This document shows positions 1-13,200 of a stretch of 64,000 bases of DNA, one piece after another (within the stretch, counting starts at the first letter, position 1; each line of letters begins with the position of its first letter). Below the pieces are notes generated by a model. The model searched no databases. It worked only from the letters and a program-made list of their open reading frames with translations, and had not been told where the DNA came from. The position numbers and the translations under genes are program-made. The DNA comes from Tubiluchus corallicola (Eukaryota; Animalia; Priapulida). The stretch is taken from the NCBI GenBank assembly GCA_030141605.1, contig JAQGDQ010000011.1:802066-866065 (forward strand). Reading direction: 5' to 3'.

Positions 1-525
1 ACTGCTCAGTAGGGGTACGGGGTACACGTGAAAGGTTTTAGAGAGACTGCAATTAGTGGCTCCACCTGCCAGGGGGGATAATGGTAATCATGTCCCGCAT
101 TCATTTTTCTGTCAGTGCAGGTAATAGCTGCTAGGGCTGAATTAACCTCATTTGCCAGAGCTGCCTTTAATAAAAGCTGTGCACAAAGGTGTTGGCTTGA
201 TAAATGAATTTCTGTTCATCAGTATTACCTAGCGCCAATGTCAAATTGCACAGTGAATAAGTGCATATACCCTCATAGTGGGTATAGCAGTAACAGTCAA
301 GTGGAGATTGAGGTTTTAGTAAGCGCAGTCAAGGTTGTCTGTTAATATATTTGAAATGTGGTGACCCTGAGTCGTTTAGAACAAAAGTGTTAATTACTTA
401 TGCTGTCAAGACAGAATGAGGATGTGAATTTTTTGCAATTGTTGAAAACTCTTCATATTTTTGTGAATTGAAATTAAGAATAATAACTTATAAAATAAGT
501 GACAGTAACCGATTATTGTTAAAAG

Positions 526-608
526 ATATAATGGAATCATTTGAAGCTATTGAAATTTAATATTTATATAATGGAATCATTTGAAGCTATTGAAATTTAA
601 TATTTATA
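526..608. repeat. Perfect tandem duplication, 40-bp unit x2
   Basis: atataatggaatcatttgaagctattgaaatttaatattt occurs at 526 and 566. Confidence 0.95.
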
Positions 609-1036
609 GCCTTGTGACAAATTTGACATTGTTACTAATTTATTGTTTTTGTACAAATTTGTAACCACTGTGTTATGCCACCACCATTCAGTATACATTT
701 CAGCTGTGTATATAGTAGATAACATACTGTAAGGAGATTAAGATTGATAACTTTGTGTCATTGCAATGAAGTACATTATAAAATGTTAAAAGCTATATTT
801 AAGACAGTGTTGTAAATTTATATTGTGAAGGATTTATTGATCGTTTTCTGTTTTTGGCATCTGTTCATCATAACATGTGAAAAACTGAATTTAGCTTGCC
901 TGATATGCAGGCATTTGTGACGTAACCTGTAATTTATACTGAAATAATTTGAAATGATTTATAATAAATTATAGATATATCTGGGCCTTCCTTTCAGCTG
1001 TGGCTGAAATGGTGAATAGTGAAGAGAAATTTCACT

Positions 1037-1400
1037 CGCTTTCCATTTTACCAGCGCGTAAAAAGTCGGTCAGGCGTTCTCATTGAAATTAATGTTGGTT
1101 TGATATTAAACTGGACCATTGACAGGTGAGACGCGAAAGTTGGCAATTTTTCCGCTGTATTTCGCAATGATTTATGACCGCGCGCGGCAGTTAAATTGCC
1201 GTTTTTATGATCGCGCGTAAATTGCGGATACACAATAGTCCGCGCCTGGAATGACTGCTTTATAAACAGTGTCGGAAAAAGTGGTGAGACGAGGCGAAGA
1301 AGTTTAAACGCCAGGGATAGCAGCTTGTATAGAGTTGAGGCTTTTTGGGTGTCACGTGTCACGAAAACATTCCAGGAATGCGTGACATGTGTGTGACAGG
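1037..1400. promoter_or_regulatory. CpG-dense island, candidate intronic enhancer or alternative promoter
   Basis: About 26 CpG in 1021-1380 versus 5 in 241-1020 (hand count). Contains TEAD, STAT, Pbx-Hox, Meis and C/EBP-like motifs. Confidence 0.5.
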
Positions 1401-2424
1401 TCTCAGTCTTTCGGTGATTTTCATCAGTGCAAAAAAAACAACAGCTGCGGTGTGTGCCCAGTGTAGAGTGACGTATTTTCGAGTGGTTTTCTAATTGGTA
1501 TGTGGGCAGAGGTGCTGTTGAAACCGAATAAAAGTGTAGGCCTCGCTCGATGTTGTGCTCCTTTCAACTGAAACTTCCAGAATTTGCTAGTAATAGTAAA
1601 GCACGTTTGTGGGTGAACTACGAAAGCGATGCGGATGGATGTATACTTTTTGGAAATTTAAAGACTCGTTGTATCAATACATAAAATAAAAACTCGTATA
1701 TGCCATTGAAATGCTAAAGCACCTGACTGAATGACATTCACCGCCAAGTCCAAAACTTTCCTTTGCTGTTGCACAGCAGCTGAAAAAAGGAAGGATAGCT
1801 GTAGAATAGGATAGATAACACAGATCACGCCAAAAAATTCCAAACGTTTTTATACATATTGCCCTCTGCAAGCCGGATTTCATAAGTCAGCTGCAAAGTT
1901 TAATTAATGTAGATGACATCTAATTCTCAAGAGTAATCCCAGAAAACGAAACGCTGAATTGTAGACGTATCCCGGGTACATTTAGGTGCCGATTTATCCT
2001 CCCTAAAAGAAGTAAAAACCAGAGACTGTGCGACAAATGCAAGTCACCAGGTGGTAACCATCAATTTATTGATCAGGTTCATGGTTGCTTAACTATAGTC
2101 GTTAAGCAGACACGTGTGGCACTACTAATCATCGCCTCTGAACTATGGTATTTTGTATCTCGTGACATTCTGCTAGCAACGCTGGAGTTTCTGCACGCTT
2201 GCTTTCTCTTGAATAGCTGAAGCTTTTTAACTACTGTGTTGGCTTGTAAGTCACACTAAGTATACTTCATGACAAGATTGATGTGGTTAGAGACAAGAAC
2301 TCGACCGTTTTCTGGCTCCCCAGAAGATTAGAAGCATGTAATCAGGCATCTTCTGTGAACAGAGCACCTAATGATGTATTATTATGTAACGAGTGACAAG
2401 CGTAACTAGGCGAGCCTCTGGGTA

Positions 2425-2479
2425 GCGTGCGTGATGTAAGGTTGCCACTAGACGGCGTGCGTGATGTAAGGTTGTCACT
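2425..2479. repeat. Tandem duplication, 30-bp period x2
   Basis: gcgtgcgtgatgtaaggttg(c/t)cact at 2425 and 2455. Confidence 0.9.
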
Positions 2480-4058
2480 TTAGCTAAGATTGCCCTGATT
2501 GTGGACCTTGCTGTTTGTTGGTGTGTTGAACTTCCTATATTGATTTCGGAGAGTGGTAATTTCTCCTGACAGGCTGTCACCACCGCCACAAGACTCCTCA
2601 GCTGAAATGGACGTCTCAAGCCACGTGTAAGCCGATTAGAATTTAGATTGGAAATTAGATCACTGACGGCTGCAGCAGTGGGCAGTGGTCAAGTTATAGT
2701 GTCGACGTCTGTTATACAGTTTCAAATTCTTCCTTCATCCTGTGCAGCTGCTGCATACTTCCTCCAGTTACGAAACAACTTTTTTAAGATTGATTAATTT
2801 ATAACCAATAAGTAAGCGAGAATTTATCCGCGTGTAGTTCTGGTCTATTCGTTTGTTTTATTAAAATTATTGAATCAATTTTAGTCAACGCTCGTTGAAC
2901 GTAGCAATGTTAGTAAATTAACGTTGGTTTTTCTTGTATTTTATTTAAGAACATGATAGCTGTTTTTTTCGTACAGAATTTAGCTGAGAGCATTGCTCAT
3001 ACGCATTTACGCTATTTTTATAGCCTGCAAGTGCGACAGTCACGTACGTGGTTAATTTTAATCTACTAGGTAATTCCATATTTACGATCATTAAGCTCAC
3101 TTAATTAACTTAATCAGTCTAAGTTATAAATTTAAATTTGGTGCAATTACTAGGGGAAACCATGCTCTTGGCTGTTGCATTGCGGCATTTATATTAGAAA
3201 GCAGTTCACAAATGGAAACTTGATCCACTATTTACAACCGGTTTTGTGAATTGTTCGACTTTTTTATTTCTGAAGACTGAAGTTTTATAGCTGGATTTTA
3301 CTGCTGGGCGTTACAATGACAAATAGTATTTAACGTATTTAACATTTCTACTCCGTAACTGTTTTACGAGCACTTTACAGCTCGCATTCTTTAACCTACA
3401 TTAACTTTCATCTATCCGTAGTTTTGACATTCAAGCTGTGTTGAATATAACATATTGTATCCGTAGCAGCTGCTGTTATTGCATTACAAGCGCGCACGTC
3501 TGTGGATTCCTAGTTATCTTTAGAGGAAGGAGAGTAGCTGTGAAGAAGCAACCGAATATCTCTGTGTTGCGTAGATCCCTTTAAAGGCTACTGTCTAAAG
3601 ATTTTGCCTAGATTTTGGCAGACAATAGCGCGTGAATTTAGACATTGCCTTTATATTTGTACAAAATACAAACTTGTAGTGTACTAACGCGTATCAGAAC
3701 AGCTTCTGATGAATTTTTAAGATACATTTTGTTTTGTTTGAGGCTGTTTAGTAAGACCTTATGCTGCTATGACAAATATTGTAACAACTGGTATTAGCCA
3801 CATTTCTTAAAAATTCAGGTTTCGTGTAAATTACTAATAATTGGTTGACCTAATTTCCTTCATTCTAATTATTTTCTGCACGAAGAAGCCGCGCGATAAT
3901 ACTATTCTCTCTTAATTTTGAATTGTGCCATTTAAGTATTCGCTTTGTGATCGAGTTTAATGATTGTGAATAACCGGAAATTACTGTGCAACAATATCTT
4001 GAATTGGTGCAGTCCGTCTTGATTAAGGACTGATTTAGAATACTTTGTGTTTCTTCAG

Positions 4059-4214
4059 GTTTTGGTGGAATTTGATGGCGTAGACTGGTCCAAGAGGGAG
4101 TGGATCAAAGTATTCGACGGATCATTTAGCATTTTCTTTGTGGAAAAGACATTGTGTTGGGCTGAGCGGCGAAATCCCAACAATCCATCAAGGAACTTAC
4201 TTTGGCCTTGCCTG
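4059..4214 (+). CDS. KDM3: KDM3/JMJD1C-like exon A ([10 protein letters not shown]...LLWPCL), N-terminal domain
   Basis: Acceptor ttcttcag, donor gtatgt, 156 nt, phase 0-0. Resembles JMJD1C VYVEFDDLEWDKREWVKV...WPAL. Confidence 0.93.
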
Positions 4215-7200
4215 GTATGTACGCAATACGTTGTGCAATATTTCTTTGTTTATAATACACATGAAAGTTGCCTGTTATAATTATGAGAATTGTTACATGC
4301 ATCAAGTGAATAAAGTGGATTGGAGCAAAACAACCACCTCAATTAAATCATGGTACAAGCACAGCACCACGAACCCGAAACGTTTGCTGTAATTTTTGTG
4401 GAATTCAGCAATTTGAACGTTTAATTCATTTTCACAACAAACGGGCAAGAAAACAGGTAAAAATACCACATTACAGGTGGCGAGACCACAAGGAAACAGA
4501 AAATTCAATGAGAAATGCCATGTGGTTCAATAAATTAACAATGCCTATACTTTTTTCTAATTAACATAGCCTAGAGAGTAGTGTGTTGCGGAGCTCCTCA
4601 AAGATAGTATAATTAAATTGAAATCACATCCTGCATTTTCCAAAGATGTGCCGCATTACTAATTTACTAGTTGTATCATAAAAGTGCGTTCGCTGCTTTT
4701 TTACTAATTATTAATTGAATTTTAAAAATATTTTTATTTTTGTAAAAAAAAAAACTTTTTTATTAGGCAGCTGATTATTTTCAAAATTTGTCGTTTTACT
4801 GAGAATGTTAATTGTGGCTTCACATTCATTCCCTTAAGTACAGGTATGTGCTGAGTGCTATTTTAGTGTATGGTATATTGCTATAAGCTATGATTGATTT
4901 CTACATTCTAAATAAAGAAAAACAGTAACAATATTGATCTATAAGCCTCAGCACTTGCATTTGGATTTCCTCTTTTCCTTGGCGTCCTGCCAAATGTTGG
5001 GCATTTAGTAATTTAAATCTTGCGTCCTCTTCCCGTCTGTTAGGATTTAATTTCCGGCTGCTTCTCTGCGGGTTCCGTGCGACATCTTTAGACGATTACA
5101 AATTTGCGCATTGCCTCATTAGTATCTCTGCGTTCATTACTTTATAGCTGTGGTGCGTGATTTCATGAAAATGCTTGAACTCGACTACAAGTGCGGTTGA
5201 GTAGTCCTCTGAGAAGATGCATATATGTAAGTGGGCAAGTCGTATTCAGGGTATGCGGCCTATCTGGGTCACTTATGCTCCTTGCGTGGCCTGTATGCAC
5301 CAAAATTGCACTGTCTACGTAAACAGTACTAAGGTAATACATCCATGAGCTTGAGGCACCAGCAGTGACAACAGTCCTGCTAGTGCTGTTTTATATTGGG
5401 CTGTTTTAGTAGCAAATACGCTTAAGGATCATCTTTTCCTAATTCATTGCTGTACAAAATTTTAGCCCGTTATTCAAGCAAAAACTAAGATTTTGCCTTG
5501 CCAGAAGTGAAAGAAACGGAACCATTTTGATTATTATTGATGGATACGTGCATGTACAATACGAGGAAATTTCTGTTGCTTTGATATTACCATTAATTAT
5601 GGCCAAATAGGCGTGTTGTGATATTTAGGGTAAAGGTCAACTATTGTAAGTGTTATTGACTTTACGTTAATAACGTACGAGCTATTGAAAGTCATTAGTA
5701 AATAAATTAAATCTTAACGGGTGCAAAAGTCCATAACTTTGTATGCTTGCTTAAGCTTATCTCACGTTTCCACACTTCAGAAGTATACTTGTGGACGGTG
5801 CGTCCTTGAGGAGTGGAATTGACTGCAGATTGCAAGCAATGACTCATATTACTCGAACATATTAGTGACATGCTGTATTTCGTCCTTCATGGTTTTATAC
5901 TGGCATTTAAGTGTATGACTGGTACTACGTTCCGTCATTCTTGCTTTGCTGTTTACGGAAGGCGAAAGCATTTGAAAACGATTTAAAAATAAACAGTGCT
6001 TTTTGGTTTTACAAACCCACAGTTAATTAAATTTTGATACCAAACTTGAACGCTGGGAAATATGAAAAAGTTGAATTTGAAACATTAACCTTCTGCTTAC
6101 TTTGCAGACGTCTTCGTCCACTAGGCTACCACATTCCTCAATAGTCAAGGCAGTCCAAAGTTATAGCTAATAGCTGACCCAACGAAATTCAGCATTTCCG
6201 GATGTTAGATTGTTCACACAAGAGTTGTAAGCGTTTTAACATCATCTTTGCCCTAGATGCCTTTAAATTAGTATACAGAAAGGGCGTTTTTAAATTACCA
6301 TTACAAGTAAATATAGTCAGTTTCTTTGGAAGATTTGAGCGAAATAATGTGTAATGTCGTTTTTTTTTCTGTAAAACAACTTCCTAAAGTTTCGACTCTT
6401 CAGGTACTGCGACGTGATTTGAGCTTTTGACAAGAAAGACCGAATGTGATGTTCTGTTCACACCAAATACTGAATAATTAATTTCTGATTGCAAACTGAC
6501 GACGACAATTAGCTTTCTTCTGCTGTTTTAGAAATTGGCAGAAGAGCTTTATCGATTTTTGTTTTTTTATTCTCATTAACGCTGGTCAAGTTAGTGCTGG
6601 TAAACTAAACATGATGTCAATGTCGTAACGCAGTTGAACATGTCATAACACGCTTATATTGGTCAAGTTAAAATTAAGAAATGTGCTGAATATTTGTTGA
6701 AATGAGATTATACTAACAAATTTTCTGTCCAATCTATCCTTAGGCAAAGAGCAGTGAAATTGAATGAAAGTGTTGTAAGGTCATCTGTGTGCTTCGTTTT
6801 GTGAAATCCGACCTGGCCAAGGCGTGGGAATAAAACACGTTTATTTGAAGGTTGTAGACTTCCAACAGCGGCCGCCTTTTCTTTGAATGTCATTCATTTC
6901 TTAGAGGAGCAAAAAGCCAAGTTACACGTTTATAGTTAACGTAACGCCCATTATAAATTGCTTGTGCATTCTGTGCGTACATTGCAGATAATGCAGCAAC
7001 AAGGTCAGAAAATGACAACGTTATTTCACCCGTCCCATCTTGTAAAAGAAATTCTTCTCAAAAATGCTTTGAGAATAACCCCCGGCATCATAATTTCGCA
7101 ATTGACCAATAATATTATTAACTACTTACACGAGACAATTTGCTGCATATACCAAATAATTGTTGTGCAACCATAAATTGTAACGTAAATGGTTTGTCGA

Positions 7201-10200
7201 ATCACCGATTGGCTGACCGACCAATCGATTTACTGAAAAGTAACCCGCCTGACAGGCTGGCAGTGTTAAGATGCACAAATGGCAGACTGCAGAATAATTG
7301 TGCTTCTTCCTTTTTTCTGCTGTGTTCATTAGTCAGTCTTACCTGGATTTCATGCTTTTCATCCACCCTAAGACTTTTTGTTCGCAAAGCAAGCGCAGTG
7401 TGGTGTAAATGCTTTTCCTTGTCTGCTGTTTAATCCTGGCAGTGTTTGTTAGAGATTACGATTTGTCTTGTTAGCACTACGTTCCTTTCTCTACTCCCAG
7501 TAGAGGCTTTTAAGCTACCTGATTACAGCCGTGCATAAAACTGTAAAAAGCTTTGCAACAGAAAATCGTCTTTGATTCTACCTTTCACTTCGTGCCTGGG
7601 AGGGACGAGATGAATTAAGCTGAACAGTTTTCCTTTCTCTCCAGGTTTCCGTAAATGTCACAGAAATTCTGGGAATTTCATTAGTTGAAGTTTGATGCCG
7701 TTGGGAGAAGCATATTGAAATTTTTGCGTGAAATTACCTTTCGTCTGAGGAGAGAAATGCACTTGAGAAAATGAAGCCTGTTTGAAATTATTGTTAAATT
7801 CCTGTCACTCTTAGTGTTGAATTACAATCTTGACAGGTTTTTGTATGTACATGAGGTGACTTTTTGTAGGTCAAGCTGTAAAGTCCAATTCAGTCCCTAG
7901 CGAATTTACAAGCCTTTTCCAACAACGCGAAGGCTTACATTACAAATCATATTGTCATCGACTTTGCCCAGTTCTTTTAACAGCGTGTGAATGTGAACGC
8001 AGCCATATTTGCGTGTGCTTTTCCGCCATCATGTGAATTAGTGTGCTGGATTCATTAGAGTCTGCCTGCATTGATTGACACAACATTGGTATGGTTGTGT
8101 AGTTAACCTTCATCAAGGCTATGCCTTGCTGTCAATAACATACTGTGCTGTTAGAAAGCATCTTAGAGAGGGAGAAATAGCTAATGTTAATCAGACCGTT
8201 TTATTACCAAAAGTAAAGAGCAGTATTAAGTTCAAAGCCCAAGGAAACGCTTTTCTTACTTAAAGCTGAAAAATCTTCTTAGAATTTTGTATCACTTACA
8301 TGCTGTCTTATTGCGCACAGAGCTTGTGTTAGTAGTAACACTGTATAAAACTTGTAAATTTAAACTCCGCGATGATCATTAGGCGGAGCCATTTTGACCG
8401 TAAGTCGTTGAAACAAGTTTAGAAACATTGAGTATAGCTCGAAAAAATAATCAGAGAATTCACAACGCATATTTCAGTATGCCTTCAATTCACCGCTAAC
8501 TAAACAAAACTATTATCTTTTCAATAAGAGTAATAACGTTGGTGAACCTAAGACGTTTTTGGTGCAAACTGGGGTAATGAAACAGTGGCGTTTTATGTAT
8601 TGACGTAAACATCTTGAATTTCCAATTTCGTGCACGTAAGTCAATTTTAAACTGATTAGTGCAAAGCATAACAATATAATGTATGGAATTTTCTTTAAGA
8701 CATACTTTAAAATTTTACTTTCTTGCCCTTTAACCTAAAACCGTCCTTTATGATGCTGGGAGTGTCATTAATGCTTGTTCTGTACGTTTTTTACTTGCAT
8801 TATCAGCTTATTTTAGCATACTTAAAGATCGCATTCTTTACTGAGTTAAGTAAATTTCTATTACAATCATATACATTAATATATAAGTAGATTATACATT
8901 ACACATAAGTTGTCATTTATAATAAGGAAATATCTTGTCACTCGAGTGCACAAATTATGTACAGCCTGGGGAAAATTTATAAATACTGCCAAAGTACGCG
9001 CTGTTGTTATTGCCTTTGTTTGCGTACAATTTTGCTGCATCTTTCGTATTTTATCCTCCCATCAAGGTCATGAACGTTCGCCAGTATATCAATATATCAA
9101 CGTTCTCTTTGCATATTTTATAAACGTGCTGTATTAAATAATGAAAAGCTTTCGTCTTCTTTGACTTGATTTGATTGCGATATTCTGCTGTGGGCAGGAA
9201 ACGAGAAACTATCCATTTGCACTTCGCTGAATTACATCTACGTGTTTTCGTTTTACTGAACAAACAAAATCATATTGCGTAACATCGAGTGTGTGCTGAA
9301 GAAACACGGCTTGATGATTTAAACATGAGGCTAATAGCACCAAGGCTTATATCCTGTATTCAGAACGCAGCTGCTTGCTTGTGTTTTCCATTGACATGCT
9401 AATGATTTAAATAAATAATAGTGACTCATTATAAAATGACAGTATTTGCTCGCAAGTAATGCACATGGGTACACGAAACGGTAGAGTTTGTGTGCTTGAA
9501 AGGCTTGTATTATTGTTTCGTCATCATACGTAGTTAGGTTCATTAAAAAATCTTCTGTTGCGTGTCGATTTTCCGATTTCAATGAATCAGTTACATGAAT
9601 AAAGTACAAAATTTTGCTCAAAATGAATTCAAATTCTCTGTTTGACATATTAAACGACAGATCCGGAGGGTACATTTTTAAAAATGCAAAACGCAAAATA
9701 TCATCTTTTGCAAAAAGGAATTTGTTGACGTCCTTGCTTCCTTGTGACAAGTCTAGTCTACTTAGCATTATGATTACATTGCAGTATAGTGTAGTCTCTT
9801 TTCTATATTTTATTCTGCCCTTTGAACCACCATGTTCCTTTTATGTGGGCTAATCAGACCATATTGTCCAAAATCTTGAGAATTATGTAGATGTTAATAC
9901 TGTCTCCATTTTAGTGTATGTAGTTGCGTTTGCAAGAAAACTTGCTCATAATTCTCATTATTATGGGCATCGGACAAGCAGAATTCTAATATAAAACAAA
10001 TCTACTATGCACGATAAGAGAACACGGCATAAAAGGCAGCAGGTTTGTCAGGACCATTTTCGTTAGTGAAACTAATCACTTTAATGAGAATTTGTAATAC
10101 CTGACGCTTTTAGTATAGCATACTAATATTCTTAGAAATTTTGAGCCAAACGGCGATTACATAAATCTTGCGGATTCACTACTTTAAATGTTGTAAATTT

Positions 10201-13200
10201 ATTATATATGTATGTGTGTGGTCTGTGGCATGACAGCGTCCCAATCCAGAAATCAAGATGCTTGTTTTTGCCCGCTTTGCATGCATGGACGAGTCAAGAT
10301 GGTTGTTTTTGCCGGCTTTGCTTTTGCAGTTGAGCTCGTCCATTGCCATTGATGCACATGTTTGCAAACAGAAGAAACTGAGTGGAAATGTTGATGTAAA
10401 AAGTTTGAGAACGCTTTGGCTCGGGTTTCCAAGGCCTGGTTCACACTGTATTCATGTTTTCTCACAGCCTATATGTGCACACGTGTTGGCGGTGCAGTTT
10501 ACTTTTCGTGGATTTATATTTACCTCGGCTCAAGTTTGTTCACCTTGACTGTGGCGTAGGCCCCCTGCTGCTTATTACACGCAACTTCATCCTTGCTATC
10601 TGTGCAGCTGATGAAAGCTTGGTTACAGCAGTGTTGATGACTGGAGTGACGCAAACAGATGCTGGACGGTAATCCGATTTCCAGAAAAAATCTCATCCGT
10701 TTCAGTGGTACGTCCTGCAGAATAGTGTTCGATCTTGAGAGCCAATTAAAGGCTGAATGACGCGTTGAATTATATCTTCCTGTTTGCTGTATCTTGCGGT
10801 TTAATTAAATTCGGAAAGATATTGAACGCCCCTGAACCATAAATAGCTTAATTTGATTTTTAAAATGTTGTGAGTTGTGGGCTGAATTATGTGATTTTAG
10901 AAACTACTCAGTAAAACATTGGCCAATAAATTAAAATGAAATGAATGAGTGACTTATTTAGAGTTGCTATGTTTACCTCGACGGTAGTACTGTGATCCAT
11001 TAAATTTAATTACCTGTAGTTAACACATATAAATTTTACAACTAATGTGCTATAAATATATTATTAACAAATTGTTAGTAATAACCGCTATGAAGCTAAT
11101 TTATTTGAATTGAGGTCGCACGTGTTAACCTCAGCATAAAAACAGTATTTTAATCAAACATGCTGCGTACAGATGATGTAGTACTAAGTTTAGTGTTATA
11201 AGTAACGATTTGTTGATTTTTTCTGGTATAATCCCTGACTTTTAAGATAAAGGTATGTTCACACGGTGCAAATATGTTGCATGGATTACAGTTGAATAGT
11301 ACGCATATTCTCTCAAGAGATCTCTGCTTGTTTGCTTTAGTTGAATTCTTTTCACCTGCGGTGTGTGCAAAACATTTTGGAAAAACTTGGAAACTATAGC
11401 AGCAGTTATTGCTTTGCCTAGCATAAAGTATATACATTGTATTTCATTGATACAAGTGCATGTACGTGTAACAGTTACTAAGATTATTCTAAGAATGTCC
11501 TGCGATGATGTGGTTGCTTCACTGGTAAACTATGTTTTGCATTGAGTTTTCACGCGTGAAGTGAGTACTTGTAAAATTTTTGAATAGTTCTTTTTGTGAC
11601 GTATACAGTGTAGGCTGTATTTTATTATAAATTTGTACTGGGTACTAATGAATATCATAGGGAAAAAGGTGAAAAACAGATTTTGATTATAGTTATTTAG
11701 ACTCCACCTAATTACCAAGTGCACATATGCCCAGAGCAAAACCCTACGATTTAGGCTTCGTTTGGCTACGAAAATAGAATGCATGTACAATTTATATAGC
11801 AGCTGGAAAGACAGCAAAAATTGAAATTATCCCCTAGGTAGATTTTGAATAAGTTGTTATTTGCACGTCTGACATTACACGCTTCATAATCAAGCTCTAT
11901 TTTTAGGAGGATGGGTATCTTATTACAGTGTATAGTTTTGCTCTCGCCTCTCATGATAATTACTTTTGCGTTCCTCGTGTTGATTATTTCATGTTTTGTG
12001 CATCACTGGAAGCCACAAAATTTGCGTAATGTCTAATCATTGAGTACTTAACAGAGGCATAGTTTATTTTGCATAGTGCTATTTGTAAGTAGCGACTTTG
12101 AATTTTAGAAAGTTTAAGGAAAAAAAGAGAGCAGAACAGTTGTAATTATGTTTGTAAGTATTGTAAGTAAACATCTGTAATGTTTGCAAACCGCCCTTCA
12201 AGTTGGCTTTTACTTTGTTTTCAATATTAGGTGTGTTTCATAGGTGACGTAAATTAGCAAAACATGCAAATTTTTCTGTTGTGTGTTTTTTAGAACTGTA
12301 ATCTTCTGCTCGTTTCCTTTACTGTGTCAATTGAGAAAAAGCATGTGCAGTGGCTCTTGCCTAAAATCACAAACTAACTGACAAGTTTATTGATTTTTTG
12401 AATTAAATCGTAATTACTGTATTGCGGTTTTGAATAGGGACCAATAACAAATAATTTGAAATTTTGAATGTAGGTGCGCACTTGTGTTATTTCGTTTTTG
12501 TAAGCTGTTAATTATAATGCAAATATTTCCGTTTCGGATTAAACCATATTGATGTGACCGTGAGATATCAGCACAATGAGAATCTCTTATGCTGTTACTC
12601 ACGTCTTCATTGAACTGCTACTTGGTAAGTCATTTCAATTTCATCTCTGAGTAAGCGTCATTTATTGATTTTTCACGTTTTGTGATGATGTTCAAATGGC
12701 CTTCCTCCTGAAACGAATCGCCAGAAGCTAGATCTATGACTAACAGAACTTCTTATCTATGGCAAGTGTGTGAACTTACGGTTTTGTAACGACACTGCTA
12801 AACGGAATTCTATAACCTTAGTGCTAGGAAATTAATAAGTTTGAAGCTAAACAGTTCGCAGCTGAAAGGTCACCCATTAAATGGAGTTAAACATCGTTAA
12901 ATTTCAATTCCATTTGTCCCTGAGAGAAGATGGTATCAGTTAATAAGTTATTAACAATAATGTCAATAGTTCCACTGTGTGAGTAATTGAAATGCCTTAT
13001 CCATGCAATTGCTGTTTGTTGACATTCCTATATTATTCTGTAGCATTCCTGGCAGTCTTTATGCCATTCTGTAACATTGTTTGTTCATAACCCTGTATTA
13101 CTCTGTGGCATTGCTGATAATCTTTTGTCGTTCTGTAGCGCATTATTGACAACCGTACATCACTTTCGCGAGATGTCCGAATCAGGTGCATAATTTTCGC

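Noticed and set aside
526-608. Direct repeats (also 2425-2479 and 44217-44303) as a CRISPR-like array
   Set aside because: Only two adjacent copies, no spacers, eukaryotic context. These are simple slippage duplications.
1048-1362. 104-aa minus-strand ORF over the CpG island
   Set aside because: GTG start and no recognisable protein features. The open frame is explained by locally higher GC.
1924-2220. About 98-codon stop-free plus-strand frame with a CxxC
   Set aside because: No ATG, no convincing acceptor and no similarity to the KDM3 N-terminus. The length is compatible with chance.
1-4058. First coding exon of the KDM3 gene (expected M...ELVGKRFL...WRAGVIRA-like peptide)
   Set aside because: No such peptide found in the plus-strand frames I read. 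It most likely lies upstream of the window.
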